A DNA stretch of 54,520 bases from Candidatus Micrarchaeota archaeon (GCA_040753215.1 JBFMEZ010000001.1:1-54520), one strand, 5' to 3'; shown: positions 28,793 through 38,734, numbered from the stretch's first letter. Notes: a model not told the origin generated them from the letters alone. Numbers and translations are program-made.

Positions 28793-30973
28793 TACCCCCG
28801 CTCTTTACCAGCCCTTTTTCCCCTTGAATGGGGTGTTCGGGTACTGGCAGTGAGCAGGCGTCGACCGCCATACTAAGCCTCTCGACTTTGCGGCGATCTG
28901 TGTTTTTGGTAAACAGTCGCTCTCCCCTGGTCAGTGCCACCTGCCCGTTCAGCACGGGCAGGCATCCCTTCTTCCTAAGTTACGGGACTAACTTGCCGAA
29001 TTCCCTTGCCTGGGTTATCCCGACACACCTGAGCCTTTTCAGCTAGGGGCACCTGTATTAGTTCTGGGTACGGGCATGAAAGATCGGAACCGTTTCCTTT
29101 TCATGGGCCTCCGGAATCGGCCGGAGATTGCTCCCATTCCAGCCTTTAATCAACTTCTCCTCATGATAAGACTCCATTGATTTATGGCTGTTAAGCAGGG
29201 TCTCCCCTGCCCGGCTTATCCCAAGGCGTCAGAAACGGAACTTGCGTTGCCGCGTCTACTTTCATGGGGCGGGAATATTGACCCGCTTCCCTTTCATGCA
29301 TTCGGAATTGCCTGTGCATTTAGGACCGCCTAACCCTCAGCTGACAAACATGGCTGAGGAATCCGTGCCCTATCAGGTGTCCAGGATTCTCACCTGGATA
29401 TGCTGCTACTAGCGCCAGGATATTCATGCCAGGGCGGTCTACGGGAACTCACGCCCCCGCTTCTGCCCGCCCCGGCCGCCCCCCTACTCCACGAGCTTTT
29501 GGCTCGGGCGGGGTATCGGGACCTGGTTTAGCCCCGTATATTTTCGGAACCTGCACCCTCGGCTGGTCCGCTATTACGCGTTGTTTAAAGGATGGCTGCT
29601 TCTAAGCCTACCTTCCAGCTGTCTGAGGATAGAGGCGCCTTTGAGATTTACACTTAACCAGGATTTAGGGCCCTTAACCCCGCGTACGGTCGTTCCCGAA
29701 AGGGCTCACGGGCTTACCCCGTGAAACCCGGCTGCCGCCTTCTGCGGAGAGTGTGGATTCGGAGTTTGATAGGGAAGTGACTCCTTTCGGAGCCGCTCTT
29801 CCCATTCAGTGCTCTACCCCGCACTCGTCCTCCGGCGACGCTGTCCTGAGGGACATTTCGGAGGGAACCCGCTATTGCCGAGTTCGACTGGACTATCACC
29901 CCTACGCCCGGGTCACCCAAGGGGAATATACCACCACTGGTTGCGGGCCTCCACCGGCGGTCAAGCCGGCTTCGCCCTGCCCGGGTGTAGATCACTCGAC
30001 TTCAGGTCTGGGATGGGTGACTGAACCCCGTTTCCGAGGTCGCCCCTCGTTTCCTGCGGGCACTCGCTTTCGCTTCAGTTTTCGCTTCGCCACGCATCCC
30101 AACTCCCTGGCTCTTGCTTCGAGAAGAAAGACAGGACACCGGTTAATCCGCCTCGATCCAACCCTTGCGGGAATTCACTTCGGCGGACCTGGACCCTTCC
30201 ATGCCCTGCCTGCCTGTCTCCATGTAGTTTCAGGTTCTTTTCACTCCCCTTCCGGGGTCCTTTTCAGCGTTCGCTCGCGCTACTAATCCGCTATCGGTCT
30301 GGCGCCACATATTTAGGCTTGGGGGTTGGTCCCCCCATATTCACGCCCTCTATCCGGAGGACGCTACTCTTCATGGATCACTCCCCTCCGCTACGCATAC
30401 GGGACTGTCACCCGCTGTGGTGCGGCTTTCCAGCCAACTTCTGCTCGAAGAGGGGATGCTCCCCGCCACATCTACCTCGTATTGCTACGAGGAATTCGGC
30501 TCGGCCTTGCCGGCGTTCAGTCACCTTACTGACCGGATCCCATTGGCTTCTTTTCCACCCGGTACTAAGATATTTCAATTCCCGGGGTTGCTGTACGCCT
30601 CAGTTTCCCGAGGGGTACGCGGCCCGATCCCAGGTTCACGGGTTGCGTGCACCTACCCTGGGCTTATCGCAGCTTACCGCGGGGCTCTGCGGGCACCAGC
30701 CTAGCCATCCACTACATGGATTGCAACATATCCAAATTATTATTGGACTATCCTTTCATACTCATGATGGATACGCCCAAACGGCGGCAAGACCAGAGTA
30801 GATGAGGCCTTTTCCACCGGTACCGGAAACCTTTCGGAAACCGGAAACGGACTATCCGACCTCCCTTCAGAGAAGGGAAAGTCTAATGCTATTTTTCAAC
30901 GCGCCATTGCCGAAGCAAGCGGGCGCTCAAAAGAGCACTCCCCCTAACGGAGGTCAAGTATTAACGATAGAGG

Positions 30974-30992
30974 TATTTATAAAGGTTTTCCC
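30974..30992 (-). promoter_or_regulatory. BRE/TATA promoter of the 23S transcript
   Basis: Minus strand GGGAAAACC-TTTATAAA, ~250 nt upstream of the mature 5' end. Confidence 0.6.
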
Positions 30993-31123
30993 GTTCCGAC
31001 GGCGAAAAGGCATGCAGTTTGCGGAAAACCGCGAATTACTGCACGAACGCGCGGGAAATGAACGAAACGGGGGGGAGGAAGGTTTTAGGCAGTAATGCCT
31101 CAAATGGCTGATGGAGATGCAGA

Positions 31124-31750
31124 ATGCCAAAGTCCAAATCTGTCCGGGAAGGGTACGAAAAGATTGCGAAGGAGTACCATAAGCGGCGGGACAGATACAA
31201 AAACACTATTTTGCTGGAAAAATTCCGGAAAAACCTTCCGAAAGGCTCGTGGATTATTGACCTGGGATGCGGTGCGGGGGTCCCTGTTGCAAAATTTCTT
31301 GCGGGCAAAGGCTACAAGGTCACCGGGATAGATTTCTCCAAGGAGATGCTCAGGCTGGCGAGAAAAAACGTCCCAAAGGCCAAATTCATAAGGATGGACA
31401 TGACGAAAATGAGATTCGGGTCAGACTCCTTTGACGGCGCGGTTTCGTTCTATGCCATGATCCATGTTCCGCGGGAGAAGCACGCCGGGATTTATAGGAA
31501 ACTCCATCGGATACTGAAGCCGGGCGGTATAATTCTTGTAAATGCCGGGGGGTCGGACAGGAATGGGTGGGAGGGCTACGAAAAAGACTACATGGGCGTG
31601 CCGATGTTCTGGAGTTTCTACGGGCCGGAGAGAACCTCAAGAATGATAATGGATGCTGGTTTTGAAATATTGTGGAGTAGGATACTGGAACTCGGTGGCG
31701 AGAAGCAGTTCTGGGTGCTGGCGAGGAACAGAAAGGGCAGACGAGCATAA
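31124..31750 (+). CDS. Class I SAM-dependent methyltransferase
   Basis: IIDLGCGAG, GIDFS, SFDGAV, LKPGG. Confidence 0.92.
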   Translation: MPKSKSVREGYEKIAKEYHKRRDRYKNTILLEKFRKNLPKGSWIIDLGCGAGVPVAKFLAGKGYKVTGIDFSKEMLRLARKNVPKAKFIRMDMTKMRFGSDSFDGAVSFYAMIHVPREKHAGIYRKLHRILKPGGIILVNAGGSDRNGWEGYEKDYMGVPMFWSFYGPERTSRMIMDAGFEILWSRILELGGEKQFWVLARNRKGRRA

Positions 31751-31782
31751 GGAGTGCGTTCAAAGCGTTTCGAAGTGAAGTG

Positions 31783-31921
31783 AAATAACCAATTAGTTAA
31801 TTTTAATAAATCTTAAAGCAAACGTTTGGTTATTATAAGACATATCCAGGTCTTTTCCCAAAAGATAGCTTTAAAATAACCAATGTTCTAACTTTAATAA
31901 ATCTTAAAGCAAACGTTTGGT
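31783..31921 (+). repeat. Duplicated ~48-bp AT-rich promoter/operator segment
   Basis: AAATAACCAAT...TTTAATAAATCTTAAAGCAAACGTTTGGT at 31783-31830 and 31874-31921. Confidence 0.8.
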
Positions 31922-32038
31922 GGTTTTACGGAAAATGCGGCAATATCGGAAATCCTGAGAAAGCAGGGCAAGGCAATCTGCACTTCAAAAGACATAGCTG
32001 CAATAGCTCCGAAGGATTATCTTGGCACTATCTCAGGC

Positions 32039-32581
32039 ATGATAAATACGCGATGGATAACTCCGGTAGGAGGTTTTAGGGGGGTTTATTACGTCTCCGA
32101 CCCCGAGGAGCGGCAACGGCGCTTCTTCAGGATGAACAGCTTCGGCATTCTTATCGCCACCCTTAACCGGGTTCTGGGGGACAACTGGTATTTCGGAAGG
32201 ATAACGGCGATAAGCCTGTCCGGGCTCATGCACCAGCCGGTTTCGACATATTACGTAATAAACCAAAAGTTCAGCAGGTCGTTCGAGTCAAAGATATTCG
32301 GCAAGGTGGTGCTGGTAAAAGCGTCTGCGAAAATGGCCGGCGCATGCGGCATCATAGAAAGGAAATACGGAAATAAGACGTACAGGATTTGCAGCCTTGA
32401 GAGGAACATAGCCGATTACATATACCTATATGTACATGGCCATTCCGAAGGAGGTTATGTAACCAACCTGCTCATGAACTATCCACCGGACAAGGCAAAA
32501 GTGGAGGATATAATCATAAAGTGCTACCCGAGGAATTCGGCGATAAAAATGAGGTCGTTCTTCAGAAAGGTGGCACTGTGA
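32039..32581 (+). CDS. AbiEi-like type IV antitoxin
   Basis: FRGVYYV, WYFGRITAI, SLERNIAD; GTGA overlap with the toxin; frame stays open upstream to ~31901. Confidence 0.75.
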   Translation: MINTRWITPVGGFRGVYYVSDPEERQRRFFRMNSFGILIATLNRVLGDNWYFGRITAISLSGLMHQPVSTYYVINQKFSRSFESKIFGKVVLVKASAKMAGACGIIERKYGNKTYRICSLERNIADYIYLYVHGHSEGGYVTNLLMNYPPDKAKVEDIIIKCYPRNSAIKMRSFFRKVAL

Positions 32582-33492
32582 CCAGAAGAATCAATTTTGA
32601 AGGCCTACGTGACATCGCGCTCAGGCTCTCGGAGAAGCCGCCGTTTACCGCGGACAACATTTATGTCGACCTTCTCCTGACCGCGACCATAAAGGAAATC
32701 CAGGATAATTTTGATTTTGTCCTGAAGGGAGGCACAGCGATAATAAAGGCATGGGGCACTCCCTACAGGTTCAGCAACGACCTTGACTTTTCCTTTTACT
32801 ATTCCGGATCAAGCCCGAGGAAGCACTACCGCATGTATGAAAAGAAGCTGCTTGAGCTGGTCGGGGCGCTTGGCTTCAAGGCAGCCAACGAGGAAAGCGA
32901 TAAGCACAGGGAAGGCGGCAGGATATTCATACTCAAGCTCATGGACGGGCCGGGATTCCTGGAAAAAACGGTAAAGCTCTCGATAAGCTCTATGGATGAA
33001 TGCCCATGTTTCAATCCCACCAAGAAGCAGTTCCAGCCGGTGGTTAAAATCCCGGAAGAAACATTTGGGCTCCTTTATCCGGACCTGCTCCCGGGGCTGA
33101 ATAACGTGGAAGTGAAAGTGCTGGAAATGGAAGAGCTTTGTGCAGAAAAGATAAGGGCTCTTGCGACAAGAGGTGCGACCGGGGAATGGGGGCTCGTTTT
33201 GCGCGACGCGGTCGACCTGTACGTGATGGACAAACAGGGCATACTGGACAAAGTGCTGGCTTCGGAAGAATACAGGCGATGCATCAGGAAGAAATTTTTG
33301 GCGGTGGAGGAAACCGGCTACTGGGAAAAATTCAAAGGATTCCTCGCCAGCACGGCCGGCGTGGGGATAGGGCCCGAGGAGCGCGCCATCTTCTTTGACC
33401 AGAGCATGGTGAAGGAGGCATACGCCGCGCATGTGATAGAAAAAATCCGGAAGGCGCTGAAGGAAATACTGGGCGAAGAACTCAAAAAGTAG
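32578..33492 (+). CDS. AbiEii-family nucleotidyltransferase toxin
   Basis: LKGGTA, RFSNDLDF, EKIRAL, RDAVDL; GTG start at 32578 (track 32521). Confidence 0.88.
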   Translation: MTRRINFEGLRDIALRLSEKPPFTADNIYVDLLLTATIKEIQDNFDFVLKGGTAIIKAWGTPYRFSNDLDFSFYYSGSSPRKHYRMYEKKLLELVGALGFKAANEESDKHREGGRIFILKLMDGPGFLEKTVKLSISSMDECPCFNPTKKQFQPVVKIPEETFGLLYPDLLPGLNNVEVKVLEMEELCAEKIRALATRGATGEWGLVLRDAVDLYVMDKQGILDKVLASEEYRRCIRKKFLAVEETGYWEKFKGFLASTAGVGIGPEERAIFFDQSMVKEAYAAHVIEKIRKALKEILGEELKK

Positions 33493-33700
33493 GGGACTAA
33501 AAGGCGAATGGAAAGATATTTTACAGCGTATGCAGAAACAGGGGATGTATGAAAAACAGAAAACGAGGTTCCGTACCTTCCGGAGATGATGAAGGAAAAT
33601 ACTCAAAAGAGTTCATGGCTTCACTGCGCCAATCACTTTCGGATTATAGAAATGGAAGAACTGTTACTTTTGATGAGATAAAGAAAAAATTGAGGGCGGC

Positions 33701-34012
33701 CTAAGCATAAACCCCAGTCTTCCTTATCTCGCTATAAATAGTCAATTTGTGGGAAAGTTCCTCGAATTCTTTAGGGGTGAGCGCGAGTATGTCCGCGTTG
33801 AAGGGCGCTTTTATCATCAGCTCATAGAGCTTCTGCAGCCTCTCCCGCAAAGGCATCCCTTCAAACTTTTCAGAAATTACAAGCAGGTCGTAGTCGCTTT
33901 CCTTGAGGGATTCGCCACGGGCCCGAGAGCCAAAGAGTATCACTTTTGCACTGAAAAGCTTCTTTACCCGCGAAATGTAGGAACTTACCCTTTTATCTGC
34001 GATTTGGCCCAT
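33701..34012 (-). CDS. Minimal nucleotidyltransferase (MNT) antitoxin
   Basis: LFGSRARG...SDYDLLV. Confidence 0.92.
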   Translation of the reverse strand: MGQIADKRVSSYISRVKKLFSAKVILFGSRARGESLKESDYDLLVISEKFEGMPLRERLQKLYELMIKAPFNADILALTPKEFEELSHKLTIYSEIRKTGVYA

Positions 34013-34368
34013 GTAAGCACCTTTTCCGCCTCCTTCAGGTATTCCTCCACCATCTGCGAGGTGTACCTCTCTGCAGGAATCCCATAAGAGGCATCCGGGT
34101 AGCGGGAAAGCGCATACTCCGGAGAGATTTTTGCAAGGAAATTCAGCATCAGCGGAGGCACTCTCAGATGCTTCCCCAGCTCGATGAGGTTGTGGGTTTT
34201 GAGCGTGGTTGTGCCTTCTTTCAGTATGTAAACCGCCTTAAGCGATTTCTCAACCGCCTGATGGGCGGAAAAAACGCTTGTATGGTAATCCTTGCTCGCA
34301 AATGAATTGTTGGCTGAATGGAAATCCGCCTCCGCCTGCTTCAGCCACCACATTATTTCTTCTCTCAT
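33985..34368 (-). CDS. HEPN-domain protein paired with MNT
   Basis: AHQAVEKSLKA, KTHNL, SRYPD. Confidence 0.92.
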   Translation of the reverse strand: MREEIMWWLKQAEADFHSANNSFASKDYHTSVFSAHQAVEKSLKAVYILKEGTTTLKTHNLIELGKHLRVPPLMLNFLAKISPEYALSRYPDASYGIPAERYTSQMVEEYLKEAEKVLTWAKSQIKG

Positions 34369-34426
34369 GCGGTTATTCCTGTGGGATGGTTTTTATAGAT
34401 AACGTAGGCGTTTCGCCACATTCTGT

Positions 34427-34939
34427 CTATGGGAAAAATTGCGCGGTGAGCATCGCCAGGATAACGTAGCGGAGGCTGCGGCCTATTGCACAGAAGAGGA
34501 TGTATCTCCAGACAGGGACTTTCGCCGCCCCTGCCGCGATTCCCGCTATATCGAAGAAGGGGTTCGGGAGGAAGGAGAAGGCCAGGATGGCGAGGGCATC
34601 GTTCTTCTTAATCAAGGTGAGGAATTTCTCGTACTTTTTCCTTCCTGCAATATCTAATGCTCCATCTCCTACCATGTAGCCTGTGAGCTCTCCCAGGGCT
34701 GAGCCGGTTCCCGCAGCCAATCCCACCAATACTGGGTCAAGGATTGCTGCCATCCCGATGACCGCCGCCCAGCCGGGAGCCGGGATGAAGATTGTCGCGG
34801 AGGAGAGGGCGGAAATTATGAAGACGCCGAGGTAGCCGTAAGCCCCGAGGGCGGCTATCCTGTCGTTTAGGAATATCACTGCGGCGGCTATTGCGAGCCC
34901 GAGGAGTATCTGGAGGATTGCTTTCGCCTTTCCGTCCAT
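34427..34939 (-). CDS. VTT/DedA (SNARE-associated) membrane protein
   Basis: GELTGYMVG, PNPFFDIAGIAAG, GRSLRY. Confidence 0.88.
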   Translation of the reverse strand: MDGKAKAILQILLGLAIAAAVIFLNDRIAALGAYGYLGVFIISALSSATIFIPAPGWAAVIGMAAILDPVLVGLAAGTGSALGELTGYMVGDGALDIAGRKKYEKFLTLIKKNDALAILAFSFLPNPFFDIAGIAAGAAKVPVWRYILFCAIGRSLRYVILAMLTAQFFP

Positions 34940-34985
34940 GCGGAAGATTCAGGGTGTTGCAAATTTAAAACCGATGCCCGTTAAC

Positions 34986-35210
34986 TGTCGTCTCCATGTC
35001 TTGCAGTTGTCTCCATGTCTTGCAGTTGTCTTCATGTCTTGCAGTTGTCTCCATGTCTTGCTGTTGTCTCCATGTCTTGCAGTTGTCTCCATGTCTTGCA
35101 TGGTCTTCAGGTCTTGTGTGACTTTCAGGACCCTCAGGACAACTCAAGACTTCACGCCGTGGAGGTTCACCAGACTCCAGGACCTCCAAGACCTGGAGAC
35201 CACAGAGATT
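34986..35210. repeat. Intergenic 19-bp tandem array followed by inverted 9-mer repeats
   Basis: About six copies of GTTGTCTCCATGTCTTGCA to ~35100, then CAGGAC/CAAGAC/GGAGAC 9-mers in opposite orientation. Confidence 0.9.
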
Positions 35211-35297
35211 ATGCCGCATTCGTAATTTGCAACAGGCTCGGAAGATTGCCCCCATGCGGCTTAAAAAAGATATTGTAGAGGAATACTACCAGGTGAT

Positions 35298-35645
35298 TTG
35301 GTGCTGGGAACAGGAAACCGGATACTGGTGACTTTGATGCTGCTCGGCGTGCTGTCCGCCACGGCGGATGCGGGGGAGACGATAAAGGAGAGCGTGTGCA
35401 TGGTCGCGGATTTCGCGAAGGGGCTGATGGCGTCCGTGGTTTTCGCGCTCGTGATAATGGCGGCGATAGTGTATGCGGCGGGCCAGGTGCTCGGCGCGGA
35501 GACCAGGGCGAGGGCGTCCGTGTGGGCGACCGCGATGGTTGTGGGCGCGGTAATGGGCATCCTGATATACGTGCTGCTGCCGCCGATACTGAGCACCATG
35601 CTCTACGGGGATGCGAACATGCTTCAGGAGCTCGGCTGCGGTTAG
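35298..35645 (+). CDS. VirB2/TrbC-like pilin paralogue 1
   Basis: Signal peptide plus two hydrophobic helices separated by YAAGQVLGAETRARASVWA. Confidence 0.7.
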   Translation: MVLGTGNRILVTLMLLGVLSATADAGETIKESVCMVADFAKGLMASVVFALVIMAAIVYAAGQVLGAETRARASVWATAMVVGAVMGILIYVLLPPILSTMLYGDANMLQELGCG

Positions 35646-35669
35646 TTTAAAAACATTCGCAAACAAGAA

Positions 35670-36032
35670 ATGGAAAAAGGTGAAATGGATATGTTCAGGA
35701 AGATACTGGGCGCGATTGGCCTGCTTACGGTGCTTGCGGGCCTTGGATTTGCAACTGGAACCATTACGACCATACAGACGGGCATATGCTCGCTGTATAC
35801 GATGGTAAATACCATCCTTGCCGGGGTCATATTCGTGCTCATCGTGCTCGCTGCGGTTACCTACGCGGCCGGCCAGGTGATGGGCGCGGAGACCAGGGCT
35901 CGTGCATCCGTGTGGGCGACCTCGATGGTTGTGGGCGCGGTAATAGGGATTATAATCTACGTGCTGCTGCCGACAATACTCGGTTACATGCTCACCGGCA
36001 GCCCGCTGACCAGCTGCACGCAATCGATATGA
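35670..36032 (+). CDS. VirB2/TrbC-like pilin paralogue 2
   Basis: Same core YAAGQVMGAETRARASVWA; SD GGTGA favours ATG 35691. Confidence 0.7.
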   Translation: MEKGEMDMFRKILGAIGLLTVLAGLGFATGTITTIQTGICSLYTMVNTILAGVIFVLIVLAAVTYAAGQVMGAETRARASVWATSMVVGAVIGIIIYVLLPTILGYMLTGSPLTSCTQSI

Positions 36033-36088
36033 GCCGGCAAACCGGCTTTTTTTCTTTTATTCCATAATTTATTTTCAGACTTGGTATC

Positions 36089-37591
36089 ATGAAGGACCAG
36101 GGGATACTCCTTCTTTTTCTCATAGTCTTCCTGTATAAGTTTGCTACGCTGGGAATGGCCCCCTTCCTTGCGGATGAGACGCTCTACGCAGAGATGATTG
36201 CGGAGGAGGGGAACCATATCTCTTTCCTCCCGGATTACCTTGGATATCCCGCACCATGGAAGCCGGGGCTTTACTTCATTGCATACTCTTTTTTCGTCCC
36301 GCCTGGTTCTGCAATATTTGGCTCACTGGAATACATCTACCGGTTCCCGAACCTCATTTTCGGGCTTATGAACGCATATCTGGTTTATCTTATTGCAAGG
36401 AGGTTCGAGGACAGGGCCACTGCGCTTGCAACCGCATTTTTCTTCTACGCGTCTTTCGTGGCGATATTCACGGAAGGAAGGCTGCTGATGGAGCCGTTCA
36501 TGATGGCGATGGTGCTCCTTTCCCTCTATTTCTATGTGAGAAAAGAGGGGAGCAGAAATCTCAATTTCGCAGCTGCCGGGGCTTTTGCGCTTGCGGCCGC
36601 GCTCACGAAATCCGTGATTGCGCTGATGGTTCCGGTGCTTGCGGTTGCGTACGTGTTGCAGTTTGAGAGGAAGAATATCGCAAACCCTGTATTCCTCGCA
36701 TCCCTGCTCGCGGTGCCCCTGGGGCTTGCGGTGTTCTGGGTTGCGCTGGATGGAATTGGGATGGCGCGGGAGGTTTTCTTCATAGACACCGGAAAGATGT
36801 TCCTGTACGATTATGTTTCGATGGGGCTGCATTCCCTGGGCAAGGGAATCTATTATGGCGTGCTCCCCATGCTGTTTATAGTTGTAATCAGCTTTATGGG
36901 GCTGAAAAGGCACTGGAAGGAGAACTGGCTCTTTTCTGCGTGGTATGCGCTTTCGCTGGTCCCGATACTTTCCTCGTTCTCTGCAATATGGTATTTCTAT
37001 TATATTGTGCCGGGTGTTGCTTTTTTTGCGGCCAAAATGTTGTGGCAAAAGGAAGAGGGACTGGATAAGTTTGCGATGTTTATTCTTTGCATATATGCAA
37101 TAGGGTATATGGCTTATGCGTATTATTCCACAACCGAGCAGCTTGGCTGGGGGATGGAGGACGGGAAAAGGATTGGGCTCATGCTTTCCGGGAAGGAGAA
37201 TGTGCTCTTCTTCGGGACCTACTACCCTAACACGGTATCGGTTGCATACAAGGTGCTCTCGGAAAGGCAGGCTACAGGGGCGTATAAGGATTTTGGGTAT
37301 GTGCTTTTCGGCAATGGAATCCCGATGCCGGACGGGGAGTCGCTGCGGGATTTTACCTACGATTATTACAATGACAAATATGAAAGGGAGGAGGGTTTCG
37401 GGAGGATGTTCTGGGAGGACAGGATATTTTTCAGGAGGGCGAATCCAACCGATTTTGAGTATGTGGTGGTTACGCCAAAGATTAATGCGACTCTGGAGGG
37501 GTACGAAGTATATTATGATGGGCTGGGCTCAACAGTTTTCAGGAAAACAGCTTCAGGAGCAGGAGGTCCAGGAGCATCCGGGGGGAGCTGA
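36089..37591 (+). CDS. GT-C (ArnT/PMT, GT39/83-like) membrane glycosyltransferase
   Basis: ADETLY, WKPGLY, YRFP, ALTKS; many TM helices. Confidence 0.88.
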   Translation: MKDQGILLLFLIVFLYKFATLGMAPFLADETLYAEMIAEEGNHISFLPDYLGYPAPWKPGLYFIAYSFFVPPGSAIFGSLEYIYRFPNLIFGLMNAYLVYLIARRFEDRATALATAFFFYASFVAIFTEGRLLMEPFMMAMVLLSLYFYVRKEGSRNLNFAAAGAFALAAALTKSVIALMVPVLAVAYVLQFERKNIANPVFLASLLAVPLGLAVFWVALDGIGMAREVFFIDTGKMFLYDYVSMGLHSLGKGIYYGVLPMLFIVVISFMGLKRHWKENWLFSAWYALSLVPILSSFSAIWYFYYIVPGVAFFAAKMLWQKEEGLDKFAMFILCIYAIGYMAYAYYSTTEQLGWGMEDGKRIGLMLSGKENVLFFGTYYPNTVSVAYKVLSERQATGAYKDFGYVLFGNGIPMPDGESLRDFTYDYYNDKYEREEGFGRMFWEDRIFFRRANPTDFEYVVVTPKINATLEGYEVYYDGLGSTVFRKTASGAGGPGASGGS

Positions 37592-38204
37592 GGAGTGAGA
37601 AGGAGCCGCCTTTCCTTTCTGTGGATTCCACTTCATAAGTCTGGATTTTTCCCCCGTTGCGGAGCACGCGCAGGAGGAACTCCACATCGAATGCGTATCC
37701 TTCAACCATGGGTTTTCCTTTTCCGAGAACGCTTTTGCGGAAGAGCTTGAAGCCGCACTGCGTGTCCGGGAAGGGGAGCGGGAACAGGGAGCGCACAAGA
37801 AGGTTGAATGCGCGGGAGGAGAGTGCGCGGATTGCGCCCCTCCCTCTTATTTTTGTGCGGGAGGCGATTATGCAGTCCGCATTCTCTTCAATTATCTTTC
37901 TGCACATCTTTTCCGCATCCCGGAGGGAAACCGGCCCGTCCGCATCAAGGAAACCTACATACTCGGAACCGGAAGTGAGGAAGCCCTCCCAGACGGCCCT
38001 TCCTTTTCCTACCGTGCGGCCCATGAAGACTATTTTTGCAGCCGGAAACGCCCGCCCGATTGCTTCCCTCGTTTCCCTGCACCCGTCCACCACAAAAATT
38101 AAATCCGCGATGCGGCTGAGAGGGGAATCAAGAAGCGCACGGGCGGTTTCTTCCATCTGAATGCCCTCGTTGTGGGCGGGAACGATGAGGGTGATATGTT
38201 TCAT
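37539..38204 (-). CDS. GT2 polyprenol-phosphate glycosyltransferase
   Basis: IVPAHNE, GKGRAV, FLDADG, DTQCGFKLF, FDVE. Confidence 0.9.
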   Translation of the reverse strand: MKHITLIVPAHNEGIQMEETARALLDSPLSRIADLIFVVDGCRETREAIGRAFPAAKIVFMGRTVGKGRAVWEGFLTSGSEYVGFLDADGPVSLRDAEKMCRKIIEENADCIIASRTKIRGRGAIRALSSRAFNLLVRSLFPLPFPDTQCGFKLFRKSVLGKGKPMVEGYAFDVEFLLRVLRNGGKIQTYEVESTERKGGSFSLLSSPRMLLDLLLLKLFS

Positions 38205-38268
38205 CGGAGATTTGTGTGTGGAGCAAGTTTTAAAATTGGTTGGGGGTAAGATAGGGACAGGTGATTAA

Positions 38269-38697
38269 TTGAAGGTGAAGCTTGCTTCGGTCATCCTGGT
38301 GCTGGCCCTTTCTATGGCTTTTGCGATAGTGCCGGATATCGGGCCTGAGCTGCCGCCGGGCATTGAGCCTGGGCTGCCGCCGGGCACATTGCCTCCTACT
38401 GATGGGGGCGGCACCGATGGCACGGGCACCGGAGGCGCAGGGGATGGGACCATCCTCGGCGGGATATGCCAGCTCTACACGATGGTCAATACGATACTGG
38501 CGGGGGTCGTGTTCGTGCTCATAGTGGTGGCCGCGGTAGTCTATGCGGCGGGCCAGGTTATGGGCGCGGAGACGAGAGCGAGGGCATCGGTGTGGGCCAC
38601 ATCCATGATTGTGGGTGCGATAATAGGCATCATAATCTACGTGCTTGTGCCCCCCATACTTGAGACGATGCTCGGCCAGCCGCTGAACGTCTGCTAG
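38269..38697 (+). CDS. VirB2/TrbC-like pilin paralogue 3 with Pro/Gly-rich N-terminal extension
   Basis: Core nearly identical to paralogue 2; PPGIEPGLPPGTLPP and GGGTDGTGTGG linker. Confidence 0.7.
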   Translation: MKVKLASVILVLALSMAFAIVPDIGPELPPGIEPGLPPGTLPPTDGGGTDGTGTGGAGDGTILGGICQLYTMVNTILAGVVFVLIVVAAVVYAAGQVMGAETRARASVWATSMIVGAIIGIIIYVLVPPILETMLGQPLNVC

Positions 38698-38734
38698 TTT
38701 CTTTTTTCTCTTCTCATCTTTTCCGGGGGACTCC

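Larger units (their letters stand above)
26645..30727 (-). rRNA. rrl: 23S rRNA gene, unlinked from 16S/5S, interrupted by five introns
   Basis: Sarcin-ricin loop (antisense GTTCCTCTCGTACT), domain V and H69-71 sequences; ~2.9 kb after intron removal; ends approximate. Confidence 0.97.

Noticed and set aside
26739..30801. ORFs overlapping the 23S gene other than the LAGLIDADG ORF
   Set aside because: Shadow ORFs of rRNA sequence
34986..35100. CRISPR array
   Set aside because: Repeats are directly adjacent with no unique spacers, and there are no cas genes in the window
34938..35278. ORFs across the tandem array
   Set aside because: They are artefacts of a stop-free 19-bp repeat read in rotating frames
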